Source of the DNA: Camelus dromedarius
Taxonomy: Eukaryota
Length of the DNA: 64,000 bases
Direction of reading: 5' to 3'
Assembly (NCBI RefSeq): GCF_036321535.1
Contig: NC_087436.1
Span: forward strand, 69,256,001-69,320,000
Within the stretch, counting starts at the first letter, position 1, and each line of letters starts with the position of its first letter. A program made the translations under genes and the position numbers. Under the pieces are notes generated by a model, which saw nothing but the letters and a program-made list of their open reading frames with translations, did not search any database and was not told where the DNA came from. Shown piece by piece: positions 1 through 12,166 of this stretch.

Positions 1-55
1 AATTTTGATACTGTGAGTAGACTTGTTATGGTTCTTTTGTACGTGCATACCATGT

Positions 56-255
56 NNNNNNNNNNNNNNNNNNNNNNNNNNNNNNNNNNNNNNNNNNNNN
101 NNNNNNNNNNNNNNNNNNNNNNNNNNNNNNNNNNNNNNNNNNNNNNNNNNNNNNNNNNNNNNNNNNNNNNNNNNNNNNNNNNNNNNNNNNNNNNNNNNNN
201 NNNNNNNNNNNNNNNNNNNNNNNNNNNNNNNNNNNNNNNNNNNNNNNNNNNNNNN
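56..255. other. Assembly gap (200 N)
   Basis: Run of N from 56 to 255; it truncates the adjacent L1. Confidence 0.99.
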
Positions 256-3200
256 TATCCTATTTCTTGAGGGTGTAATGCTCTGAAAATATCCACCAAA
301 TCTAGTTTTTCTATTGTAGTATTTAATTTTTCTGTTGCCTTGTTTATTTTCTGTCTGGAAGATCTGTCTAGTGATGTTAATGCAGTGTTAAAATCTCCAA
401 CTATGATTGTATTCCCATCAATATCCCCCTTTATCTCTGTTAGTAATTCTTGTATGTACTTAGGTGCTCCTATATTGGGTGCATATATATTAACGAGTGT
501 AATATCCTCATCTTGTATCACTCCTTTAATCATTATAAAATGTCCTTCTTTATCTTTCTTTATGGCCTTTGTTTTAAAGTCTATTTTGCCTGAAATCAGT
601 ACTGCAACACCTGCTTTTTTGGCTTTTCCATTTGCATGGAATATCCTTTTCCATCCTTTCACTTTCAATCTATATGTGTCCTTCTCCCTAAAGTGTGTCT
701 CTTGTATGCAGCATATTGAAGGTTCTTGCTTTATTATCCAGTCTGCCACTCTATTCTTTTGACTGGAGCATTTAGTCCATTAATATTTACAGTAATTAAT
801 GATAGATGTGTGTTTATTGCCATTTTGAACTTATCTTTGCAGTTGAATTGGTATATCCTCTTTGTTCCTTTCTTCTTCCTATTGTGCTTTGGTAATTTTC
901 CTTTGTATTTTCATGGATTTTATTTAATTTTTGTGACTCCTTTGTAAATTTCTGGCTTGTGGTTACCCTTTTTTGTAAATCTATTAACCCATTACTATAA
1001 CTGTTTTTATTAAACTGATAGTAACATGCTCTCAAACCCATCCTACTGTTAAAAAAATTTTAAAAAGAAAGAAAAAGATATTCTATATTTCCCTGCCTCC
1101 CTCTCCCACTCTCAGTGATTTGTATGTCTTCTTTTATAATTTCATGTTTACTTTATTTGTAATTCATGAGTTAATCACCTTTCCAGTTGTGTGTTTCTCA
1201 TTTCTGTAGCATCCTGCTGCTTTTCTATTTAGAATAGCCCTTTCAATATTTCTTTTAGCATGGGTTTAGTGTTGCTAAACTCCTGCAGCTTTTTTTTTTG
1301 TCTGTGAAACTCTTTATTTCTCCTTCTATCCTAAAGGATAGCCTTGCTGGATAAAGGATCCTAGGCTGCATCTTTTTTTCATTCAGGGCTTTGAGTATAT
1401 CTTGCCACTCGCTTCTGGCCTGTAATGTTTGTGTAGAGAATCAGCTGAGAGCCTTATGGGGGTTCCCTTGTAACTTACTCTTTGCTTTTCTCTTGCTGCC
1501 TTTAGAATCATTTCTTTATCCTTGACTCTGGCCATCTTGATTATGATATGTCTTGGTGTGGGTCTATTTGGGTTCTTCCTGTTTGGGACCCTCTGAGCTT
1601 CCTGTACTTGGATATCTGATTCCTTCTTTAAGTTTGGGAAGTTTTCAGTCATGATTTCTTCAAAAACCTTTTCAATCCCCTTTGATCTTTCTTCTCCTTC
1701 TGGGACCCCTATTATGCGAAGATTAGGACGCTTTATGTTATCCCATAGGTCCCTTATGCTATTTTCATTATTTTTTACTTGCTTATCTTGTAGTTCTTCT
1801 GAATGGGTGCTTTCTATTGCCCTGTCTTCTAGATCACTAATTCGTTCCTCTGCATTATCTAGTCGGCTTTGCACAGCTATTAGATCATTCCTCATCTCTG
1901 TCAATGAGTTTACCCATTCTACTTGGCTATTCTTTATAGCTTCAATTTCATTTTTGACATATTTTATATCTCTAAACACTATCTCTTTTAATTCCTTCAG
2001 CAATTCGATCACTCCTTTTTTGAAATATTGATCTAGTAGGCTATCGATGTCTATTTCATTGATCTTTCTTTCAGGGGGTTTCTCTTGTTCTTTTAATTGG
2101 GAAAGGTTTTTCTGCTTCTTCATCTTGCTCATACCTCTCCGGCACTGTGGTTTATGGAGTATCAGTTGTTTATTTTGGTCCTTAAGGATTTTATCTATCT
2201 AATGCCTATTTAGGAATAGAACTTAGGAAAAAAAGAAAAAATAAATAAGAGAGAGAGAGAAAGAATTTTAAAAGAAGGGAGAAAGAGGGTTTGAAAACAG
2301 TGTATAATGAATAATAGAAGAGCGAGTTGAAGCAGAGTATTAATCGGGTTGAGACGTCCTTTTAAAACCTTAACAAAAAAAAGGGGGGGGGAGATGAATC
2401 GATGTATTTGAAACCTGTGTCTAATCAATAACAGGACATCAAAACCCAAGAGAAATAGAAATGAATTAAGAAGTAAAAATTAAGAGAGTAATAGAAAATA
2501 GAACAGGTAAAAACAGATTTAAAAAAAAAAGGGGGAGGGGTGGGTTTGTCCGTGTTCTCCTGGAGTCTGTGTGCTTTTAATGTGAAGTCTTTCTGTCTTG
2601 TCTCCTGTTTTGGAAGCTCAGCTTACTGTTTTCAGAGGCCCTCCGTTGGCGCCCTCTTCCGTGCTGCTCCCAGCACCTGTCCGCAAGCAGATCGCGCCTC
2701 CTCCTAACACTGGGTCAGGTGCAGCTCTCCTCTGCTGTGGGCGGGTGGGTCGCTGCCCCTCTGGATGCCGCAGTCAGATGTTGCAGACTGGCCGGGTAGG
2801 AGCGCGGGTCGTGCCCCGTCCCAGCACCTCGGTCAGGGGCTGTTTTCCTGCCCAAAAGGCGGGGGGCTGCTCTCGCTCTACCTGCGTCGCCGGTAGCTCC
2901 GCTGCTCTGTGCGGCTGTGCGCTCTGCCCTGGTCGGCGCTCCGCATGTGGGCTCGGGGAAGACCGAGGGACAGCCCTGTCCCTGCTCCGAGCCAGAACCC
3001 AGCTCCTTGTTTGTCTTTGTGGAGCAAGTTCTCTGAGGGACCAGGATGGAGGATCCTATCTGCCCCAGGCTGCAGGCCAGTCTGTCTGGCCTTTGAGGCT
3101 GCTAAGCGCTTCGGTGTGGATGCAGGTTTCGCCCCTGCCTCTGCCTGGGTGCTAAGTGCCGGAGGATATGGCGGCTGTGCCTGAGCCCTGCCTCTCTTCC

Positions 3201-3816
3201 CCCAAAAACTTTCCGTGGGTTTTCAGAGATGGGGGTGTGCACCCTTCCCCCGAGAGCACATCAACCTTGCTGTTTTATGGAGGGCCCAGGTTGTTCTGCC
3301 CTGTGCACCCACAGCCACGGCGCGCAGCCCCTTGCGTTCCCCCGGGGCTGCCTCCGTGCAGCCGCCCCCGTCCTCCGCCCGGCTTGTGCAGCCTGGCCCT
3401 GCCCGCCGCTGCCGGCCCGCGTCTCAGGCTGGGTGTCGGGGGGACGCTGTGTGCCCGTTTAACTTAGTTCTGTCAGTCAAGGGCTGCTCTGTACAGATCC
3501 GAGCCTCGGAGGCTCCCCCTCCGTCCCGCTGGCCTCTCAGTTGGAGAGGGGAGACCCAGCGAGCGAGCGCCAGTCCTCCTTTGCCACTCCCTCCCCGCGG
3601 GACCCGTCCCGTGCTGCTTTGCCTTTTGTTCTTTCTTTTTTCCTTTTCTCCTACCAGATTTTTGGCGTCTTTACCTTTTGAAGAGGGCGATGTTCTGTCG
3701 GAGTTCCACAGGTGCTCTGGTTGGCTGAGTGGGTCTGTAGATGTGGGTCTTGGTGTATTTGTGGGAGAGGGTGACGTGCGAGTGTCCTTCTACTCTGCCA
3801 TCTTCTCCGTCTCTCT
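256..3816 (-). mobile_element. LINE-1, 5' portion: CpG-rich 5' UTR, ORF1 (~2132->1229, frameshifted) and the start of the ORF2 endonuclease (ATG at 823), cut by the gap
   Basis: ORF 1383..2132 translates to L1 ORF1p (LRIIGVPEGEE, RPTPRHIIIK, YKGTPIRLSAD). The minus-strand 5' end reads ...AAGATGGCAGAGTAGAAGG, as in the L1 at 4590. ORF2 begins ATGGCAATAAAC. Confidence 0.95.
2640..3810 (-). promoter_or_regulatory. CpG-island-like L1 5' UTR (internal promoter)
   Basis: GC-rich with many retained CG dinucleotides in an otherwise AT-rich window. L1 5' UTRs are known to carry internal Pol II promoters. Confidence 0.7.
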
Positions 3817-4225
3817 GTAATTTATTGATTAAAACATCTGATAACACTATGAACTAACTCGAGTTCATAATTTAAATTATAAAAAATCTTAATTAACATC
3901 TATTTGATCTATTTGTAGGTTAATACCAACCAGGCACTTCCTCTCTAATATTGACTTTATTATATTTGTTTTCAAGCCTAGCTAGTGAGATCAGGCAACT
4001 TAAATGACTGAAATAGAACTGTATCTTATCTAATTTATGTATTACTGGATGATTTATAATGCGCCACTGCAACTAACTTCTGAGAGAGCCTTGTATCCAT
4101 GTATTATCACAATACAGTGATTTCTGTTCTGTTTTGTGCTATGAACTTCTTTGATCTCAAATAAGATCAGAACAGATGCCGAAGGGAGAAAAAAATGCTG
4201 AAGTGCGTTCACAAAGTTTGTGGCA

Positions 4226-4390
4226 GGGGGAGGGTATAGCTCAGTGGTAGAGGGTGTGTTTAGCATGCATGAGGTCCTAGGTTTAATCCCCAGTACCTCC
4301 ATTAAAAACAAACAAACAAACCTAATTACCGCCCCCCTCCAAAAAAAAAAAAAAGTAAAAAATAATAACAATTAAAAAAAAAAAAAACAA
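4226..4390 (+). mobile_element. tRNA-derived SINE (camelid Vic-type)
   Basis: GGGGAGGGTATAGCTCAGTGGTAGAG (A box) ... GGTTTAATCCCCAGTACCTCC (B-box-like), followed by an A-rich tail. Confidence 0.85.
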
Positions 4391-4589
4391 GAAGGAACTT
4401 CGATACTGTCCTACATAGTGGCTGCACAATCTACACTCACACCAACAGTGTAGGAGGATTCCCTTATCTCCACATCCTCTCCAGCATCTATTGCTTGTAG
4501 ACTTCTTAATGATGGCCATTCTAGCTGGTGTGAGGTGATATCTCATTGTAGTTTTGTTCTGCATTTTTCTTCCAATTAACAATGCTGAG
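4391..4589 (-). mobile_element. L1 ORF2 3'-region fragment
   Basis: Minus-strand translation contains [26 protein letters not shown], the L1 ORF2 C-terminal Cys-rich region. Confidence 0.85.
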
Positions 4590-7500
4590 AGAAGGGGCCA
4601 AGATGGCAGAGTAGAAGGATGCTCATAACTCACCCTGTCCCACAAATACACCAAAACTCACATCAACGGACCCACCCAGCCAACCAGAGCACCTGCTGAA
4701 CTCCAACAGAACATCGCCCTCTTCAAAAGACAAAGACGCCACGAATCTGGTAGGATAAAAGGAAAAAAAAAAAAAAAAAGAAGAAAAAGCAAAACAGTTC
4801 AGGACAGGTCCTGCGGGGAGGGAGTGGCAAAGGAGGACTAGTGCTCGTCCGCTGGGTCTCCCCTCTCCAACGGAGAGGCCAGTGGGACGGTGGCAGGGAG
4901 CCTCCGAGGCTCAGATCTGTACAGAGCACCCCTTGTCCGACAGAACTAAGTTAAACGGGCACAGAGGGTCCCCGCAACACCCAGCCTGAGAAGCGAGCCA
5001 GCAGCTGGGGCCGGGACAGGCTGCCCGAGCCGGGCGGAGGACTGGGGCGGCTGTACTGAGGCAGCCCCGGGGGACTGCAGGGTGCTGCGCACCATGGCTG
5101 GTAGGGCATATGGAGCAGAACAACCTGGGCCCCCAAAAATTACGAAAAAAAAAAGAGCAAAGCAACACTGCTGGTGTGCCCTGGAGGGAGGGGTGCCATA
5201 GCCTTTGTCTTCTCAGACCCGCGACACCATTACTGGCACTTCCTGGGAAAAGAGAGACTGGGGAGAAGAGAGGCAGGGCGCAGCCACAGCTGCCATATCC
5301 TCCTGTGTGCAGCGCCTGGGCTGGAGTGGGGCCTAGCCCTGAATCCGCACCTGGGGGCTCTGCAACCTCCTAGGTAGGACTGAGCCTTGTTTACAGCCCG
5401 AGGAAGATAGGATCTTTCTGCCCTGGCACCTCAGAGAACTTGCTCCACCAAGACAAACAAGGAGCTGAGTTTTGGCATGGAACAGGGGTGGGGCACTTCT
5501 GCTTTCTTCCCTGAGCCCACCTACAGAGTGCTGACCCAAGGCAGAGTGGGCAGCTGAATAGAGCAGGGGAGCGACCTGTGCCAGGAGTGCACAGGTGGCC
5601 ACCCCCCTTCCTGGCAGGAATGCAGCACCTGACCATGGTGCTGGGAGGGGGCACGATCCGCCCGCCTACCTCGCCCAAGCTCGGCATCTGACTGCAGCAT
5701 CAGGAGGAGGAGGAGTGACCAGCCCGCCCACCCTGAAGGAGTAAAGCACCTGACCCACTGTTGGGAGGGGGCATGATCTGTTTGCTGACAGGCACTGGGA
5801 GCAGCACAGATGAGGGCGCCAATGAAGGGCCTCTGGAAACTGCAAGCTGAGTTCGCGAAAAGGGCGAAGACAGAAAGACCTCTTGATAAAATCATTAAGA
5901 GTACAGAGTCTCCAGGAGAACGAATCCCTTTTTTTTTAAATCTTTTTTTCATCTCTTCTATTTTTTATTACCTTTTTAATCTTTACTTTTTAAACAATTG
6001 TATATATCTACAGTTCTAATCCTTTTTAAATTTTTCTTTTCAAATCTGTTAATTATTATTATTTTTAAAAATCCACCTCATTTCATTTTTATTTCTCTTG
6101 GTATTGACCTTCTGTAATTGATTATACACAGGTCTCAAATATTGCATTTTGATTTTCTTTCTCCTTTTTTAAGGTTTTTAAAAGACATCTCAACTCGAAT
6201 GCCATTCTGCTTCAAGTTGCTCTTCTATTATTGATTTTACTGTTTTCAAACATTTTTTTCTCCCTTCTTTTAAAGTTCTCTCTCTCTCTCTCTTTTAAGC
6301 TTTATTTCTGCATAGGCTTTAGATAAATAAATTAACTCCTTAAGGACCACAATAGATAACTGATACTCCATAAGCCACAGTGCCAGAGAGATATGAGCAA
6401 TATGAAGAAGTAGAGGAACCACTTCCAATTAAAAGGGCAAGAGAAATCCCCTGAAAGAACAATCAGTGGAATAGACGTTGATGGCCTACTAGATGAAGAT
6501 TTCAAAAAAGGACTGATCAAAGTACTGAAGGAACTAAAAGAGAGTGTTTAGAGGTATAGAATATGTCAAAAATGAAACTGAAGCTATAAAGAAGAGCCAA
6601 GTAGAATTGGTAAATGCATTGGCTGAGATGAGAACAGATCTAAAGGCTGTATAAAGCAGGCTAGATAATGCAGAGGAATGAATAAGTGACCTAGAAGACA
6701 GGGCAACAGAAAGCACCCAATCAGAATAGCTGAGAGAAAAACAAATAAGTACAAATGAAAACAATATAAGGGACCTATGGAATAGTATGAAGCATGCCAA
6801 TCTATGCATAATAGGGGTTCCAGAAGGGGAAGAAAGACCAAAGGGAATTGAAAAGGTATTTGAAATCATGACTGAAAACGTCCCAACCATAAAGAAGAAT
6901 CAGATATTCAAGTGCAGGAAGCTCAGAGGGTCCCAAACAGAAAGAACACAAACAGACCCACAGCAAGACATATCATAATCAAGATGGCCAGAGTCAAGGA
7001 TGAAGAAATGATCCTAAAGGCAGCAAGAGAAAAACAAAGAGTGAGTTACAAGGGAACCCCCATAAGGCTCTCGGCTGATTTCTCTACACAAACACTACAG
7101 GCCAGAAGGGAGTGGCAAGATATATTCAAAGTCCTGAATGAAAAAAAGATGCAGCCTAGGATACTTTACCCAGCAAGGCTATCCCTTAGAATAGAAGGAG
7201 AGATAGAGAATTTCACAGACAAGCAAAAACTAGAAGAGTTTAGCAACACTAAACCCATGCTAAAAGAAATATGGAAAGGTCTACTCTAAATAGAAAAGAA
7301 GCAGGATGCTATGGAAAAGAAAAACTGATAACTGGAAAGGTGATACCTACCATGAATTACAAATAGAATAAACACAACATTGTAAAAGAAGACATCTAAA
7401 TCTTTAACAGTGGAAGAGGGAAGCAAGAAAATATAGAGTATTTTTTTTCATTTTTAAAATTTTTTGTTCTCTGTAGGATGGGTTTGAGCTCGTATTACTG

Positions 7501-10500
7501 TTTAATACAAACAGTTATAGTAATGGGTTAATAGACTTACAAAAAGGGTGACCACAAGCCAGAAAGTTACAGGTGAGTCACAAAAACTAAATAAAATCCA
7601 TGATAATACAAAGGAAAATTACCAAACTACAAAAGAAAGAAGAAAGAAACAAAGAGGAAATACCAAATCAACTGCAAAAATAAGTTCAAAATGGCAATAA
7701 ACACACATCTATCAATAATTACTGTAAATGTTAATGGACTAAGTGCTCCAATCAGAAGACATAGAGTAGCAGACTGGATAATAAAGCAAGAACTTTGAAT
7801 ATGCTGCATACAAGAGACCCACTTTAGGGAGAAGGACACATATAGATTGAGAGTGAAAGGATGGGAAAGGATATTCCATGCAAATGGAAAAGCCAAAAAG
7901 GCACATGTAGCAGACAAAATAGACTTTAAAACAAAGGCCATAAAGAAAGATAAAGAAGGACATTTTATAATGATTAAAAGAGTAATACAAGATGAGGATA
8001 TTCCACTCGTTAATATACATGCACCCAATATAGGAGCACCTAAGTACATAAAACAATTACTAACAGAGATAAAGGGGGAAAGTGATGGGAATACAGTCAT
8101 AGTCGGAGAGTTTAACACCACATTAACATCACTAGACAGATCTTCCAGACAGAAAGTAAATAAGGCAACAGAGCAATTAAAGAATACAATAGAAAAATTA
8201 GAGTTGGTGGATATTTTCAGAGCATTACACCCCTCAAAAATAGGATATACATTCTTTTCAAGAGCACATGGAACATTTTCTAGGATTGATCATGTACTTG
8301 GGCACAAAAGAAGCCTCATCAACTTTAAGAAGATAGAAATTATCTCTAGCACCTTTACTGATCACAATGCCTGAAACTAGAAATCAACTACAGAGAAACA
8401 AAGGAGAAAAAAAGGAAAGCATGGAGATTAAACAAGACGGTATTAAAAACGTAATAGGTCAATGATGAAATCAAAGTTGAAATTAAAAAAATACCTTGAG
8501 ACAAATGAAAATGAAAACACAACCACACAAAATTTATGGTATGCAGCAAAGGCAGTGCTAAGAGGGAAGTTTATAAGGAACGATACAGGCTTTCCTCAAA
8601 AAAGAACAATCTCAAATAATCTAACCCACCAGCTAAAAGAATTAGACAAAGGGGCAAAAAAGTCCGAAAGGCAGCAGAAGGAATGAAATAATAAAGATCA
8701 GGGAGGAAGTAAATAAAATGGAGTTTAAAAAAACAATAAAAAATCAATCAAACCAAAAGCTGGTTTTCAAAAAAGTAAATAAAATGGACATACCTCTGGC
8801 CAAACTCACAAAGAAGAAAAAAGAGGGAGCACAAATCAGCAAAATAAGAAATGAAAATGGAGAAATTACAACAAATAACATAGAAATACAGGATATCATA
8901 CAAGAATATTATGAAAAACTATATGGAACCGAACTGGATAACCTAGAGGAGATGGACAAGTTTCTGGGAACACACAGCCCACCAAGACTGAACCAAGAAG
9001 AAACTGACCACTTGAACAAACTGATCACTAGATATGAAATTGAATTAGCAATAAAAACCCTCCCTACAAATAAAAGTCCAGGACTGGACAGCTTCACCAG
9101 GGAATTCTACCAAACATACAAGGAAGAACTCATACTAGTCCTTCTCAAACTCTTTCAAAAGATTGAAAAGGAGGGAATACTCCCAAACTCATTCTATGAA
9201 GCCACCATCACCCTGACACGAAACCAGGCAAAGACACCACCAAAAAAGAGAATTATAGGCCAATATCACTGATGAACATAGATACAAAAATCCTCACCAA
9301 AATATTAGCAAATAGACTCCAACAGCACATGAAATAGATTATACATCATGACCAAGTGGGGTTCATCCCAAGGACACAGGGTGGTTCAATATATGCAAAT
9401 CCATCAATGTAATACATCACATCAACAAGAGAAAGGACAAAAACCACATGATCATCTCAACAGATGCAGAAAAAGCATTTGATAAAATTCAAACCCATTT
9501 ATGATAAAATCTCTCACCAAAGTGGGTATAGAGGGAACATATCTCAACATAATAAACCTATATATGACAAACCTACATCCAGCCTAGTACTCAATGGTGA
9601 AAAGCTCAAAAGCTTCCCACTAAAATCTGGGACAAGACAAGGCTGCCCACTATCACCACTCCTATACAACATAGTCTTGGAAGTCCTAGCCAGAGCGATC
9701 AGGCAAGAGAGAGAAATAAAAGGGATCCAAATTGGAAAAGAAGTGGTAAAAGTGTCATTAAATGCCGATGACATGATACTATGTATAGAAAACCCTAAAA
9801 GGTCCACACAAAAACTAGTAGAGCTGATCGAAGAATTCAGCAAGGTAGCAGGTTACAAGATTAAGTTTCAGAAATCAGTTGCATTTCTTTACACTAATGA
9901 TGAATCAACAGAAAAAGAAAGTAAAGAAACAATCCCCTTAAAAATATCACCCAAAGTAATAAAATACCTAGGAGTAAATCTAACCGAGGAGGTGAAAGAC
10001 TTATAAGTGGAAAACTATAAAACACTGATTAAGGTAATTAAGGAAGACTTAAAGAAAAAAGGAAAGATATCCCATGCTCCTGAATTGCAAGAATCAATAT
10101 TGTTAAAATGGTCACATTGCCCAACGCAATCTACAGATTTAATGCAATCTGTCCCAATTTACCCAGGACATATTTCACAGAGCTAGAACAAATCATAATA
10201 AAATTTATATGGAATGACAGAAGACCTAGAATTGCCAAAGCATTACTGAAGAAAAAGAAAGAGGCTGGAGGAATCACTCTCCAAGACTTCAGACAATACT
10301 ATAGAGCTACAGTCACCAAGACAGCATGGTATTGGTACAAAAACAGACATATGGACCAATGGAACAGAATAGAGAGCCCAGAAATGAACCTACAAACTTT
10401 TGGTCAACTAATCTTCGACAAAGGAGGCACGAATATGCTATGGAATAAAGACAGTCTCTTTAGCAAATGGTGTTGGGAAAACTGGACAGCATCATGTAAA

Positions 10501-12115
10501 TCAGTGAAGCTAGAACACTCCCTTACACCATATACAAAAATAAACTCAAAATGGATCAAAGAATTAAACATAAGACAAGATAAAATAAACCTTTTTTAGA
10601 AGAAAATATAGGCAAAACATTATCTGACATACATCTCAAAGATTTTCTCCTAGGACAGTCTACAAAAGCAATAGAAATAAAAGCAATAATGGGACCTAAT
10701 TAAACTTACAAGCTTCTGCACCACAAAGGGAACCATAAGCAAAACAAAATGACCACCTATGGAATGGGAGAAAATTTTTGTAAATGATGAAACCCACAAA
10801 GGCTTGATCTCCAGAATATATAAGCAGCTTATATGACATAATAAGAAAAAAAAAAACAACACAATCCAAAAATGGGCAGAAGACCTCAACAAGCAATTCT
10901 CCAAGGAAGAAATACATATGATCAATAGGCACATGAAAAAATGCTCAGTATCACTAATTATCAGAGGAATGCAAATCAAAATTATGATGAGGTATCACCT
11001 CACACCAGTCTGAATGGCCATCCTTCCAAAGTCCACAAATGACAAATGCTGGAGAGGCTGTGGAGAAAAGGGAACCTTCCTACACTGCCGGTGGGGATGC
11101 AGTTTGGTGCAGCCACTGTGGAAAATAGTATGTAAATTCCTCAAAAGACTAGGAATAGATTTACCATATGACCCAGTCATCCCACTCCTGGGCATATATC
11201 CAGTAGGAACCCTACTTCAAAAAGACACCTGCACCCCAATGTTAATAGCAGCATTATTTACAATAGGCAAGACATGGAAATAGCCTAAATGCCTATCAAC
11301 AGATAATTGGATAAAGAAGATGTGGTATATTTATACAATGGAACACTATTCAGCCATAAAAACCAACAACATAACACCATTTCCAGCAAGATGGATGTTC
11401 CTGGAGAATGTCATTTTAAGTGAAGTAAGTCAAAAAGAGAAAGAAAAATATCATATGAGATTACTCATATGTGGAATCTATAAAAAAAGAACATAAATAC
11501 AAAACAGACTTGAGGTGAAATCATACCAAACATAGGATGGGCCCTAAATCCAATGACAGATGTCCTTATAAGAGAAAGCATAGGGAGACCTGAGCCAGAG
11601 ACACAGAAGGCAGCCGTGTGGAGAGGGGCAGAGATTGGAGTGATGCAGCCACAAGCCCAGGACTTCTGGAGGTACCAGGAGCTGGAGAAAGCCAGGAAGG
11701 ATTATCCCCTATACACTTCCAGGGAGAGTAGCCCTGCAAATATATTGATTTTGTACTTCTGGCCCCCAGAACTATAAGATAATAGATTTCTGTTGTTTTA
11801 AGCCAAAAAAAAAAAACAAAACAAAACAGAAACAAACTCATAGACATAGAATACAAACTCGTGGTTGCCAAGGGGGTGGGGGGTGGTAAGTGACACACTG
11901 TGAGTTCGAGATTTATAGATACTGAAAGGTATATATAGAATAGATAAAGAAGTTTATACTGTATAGCACAGAGAAATATATTCAAGATCTTGTAGTAGCT
12001 GATGGTGAAAAGAATATGAAAACGAATATATGTATATTCATTTATATCTGAAAAATTGTGCTGTACACTAGAAATTGACACAACATTGTAAACTGAGTAT
12101 AACTCAACAAAAAGA
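4590..12115 (+). mobile_element. Full-length but inactivated LINE-1: 5' UTR, ORF1 ~6393-7289, ORF2 ~7691-11480, 3' UTR, A-rich tail
   Basis: ORF1 fragments (RLSADFSTQTLQARREW). ORF2 endonuclease (HGTFSRIDHVLGHK), RT ([12 protein letters not shown], degenerate YADD as NADDM, KYLGVNL) and C-terminal region ([10 protein letters not shown]). Many stops and frameshifts, e.g. TAG at 6411. Confidence 0.96.
11509..11820 (+). mobile_element. MLT1-type (ERVL-MaLR) LTR fragment with poly(A) tail, inserted in the L1 3' UTR
   Basis: MLT1 motifs (GGGCCCTAAATCCAATGAC..GTCCTTATAAGA; GAGATTGGAGTGATGCAGCCACAAGCC; CCAGAACT...TTTCTGTTGTTTTAAGCC), then A12. Flanked by ACAAAACAGA at 11499-11508 and 11821-11830. 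Confidence 0.85.
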
Positions 12116-12166
12116 AAAATTTCTTCCTATCTACTGGAGGAAAAATGTAATAAACCACTGACTTAC

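Noticed and set aside
13..286. ORFs of 85-87 aa at the window start
   Set aside because: They span the 200-N gap and are artefacts.
340..2031. Hydrophobic or Ser-rich ORFs opposite L1 ORF1/ORF2 (also 6534-6890, 7627-8121, 9544-9843)
   Set aside because: These are antisense shadows of A-rich L1 coding sequence, not membrane-protein genes.
2598..3820. Long ORFs (185 and 201 aa) antisense to the L1 5' UTR, and similar ones at 4911-5952 and 45554-46021; possible ORF0-like genes
   Set aside because: GC-rich sequence has few stops, many of these ORFs start at non-ATG codons, and the frames are not preserved among the three related L1 copies.
4226..4300. tRNA-like sequence
   Set aside because: It has an A-rich tail and decayed relatives at 35857 and 52131, so it is a tRNA-derived SINE rather than a tRNA gene.
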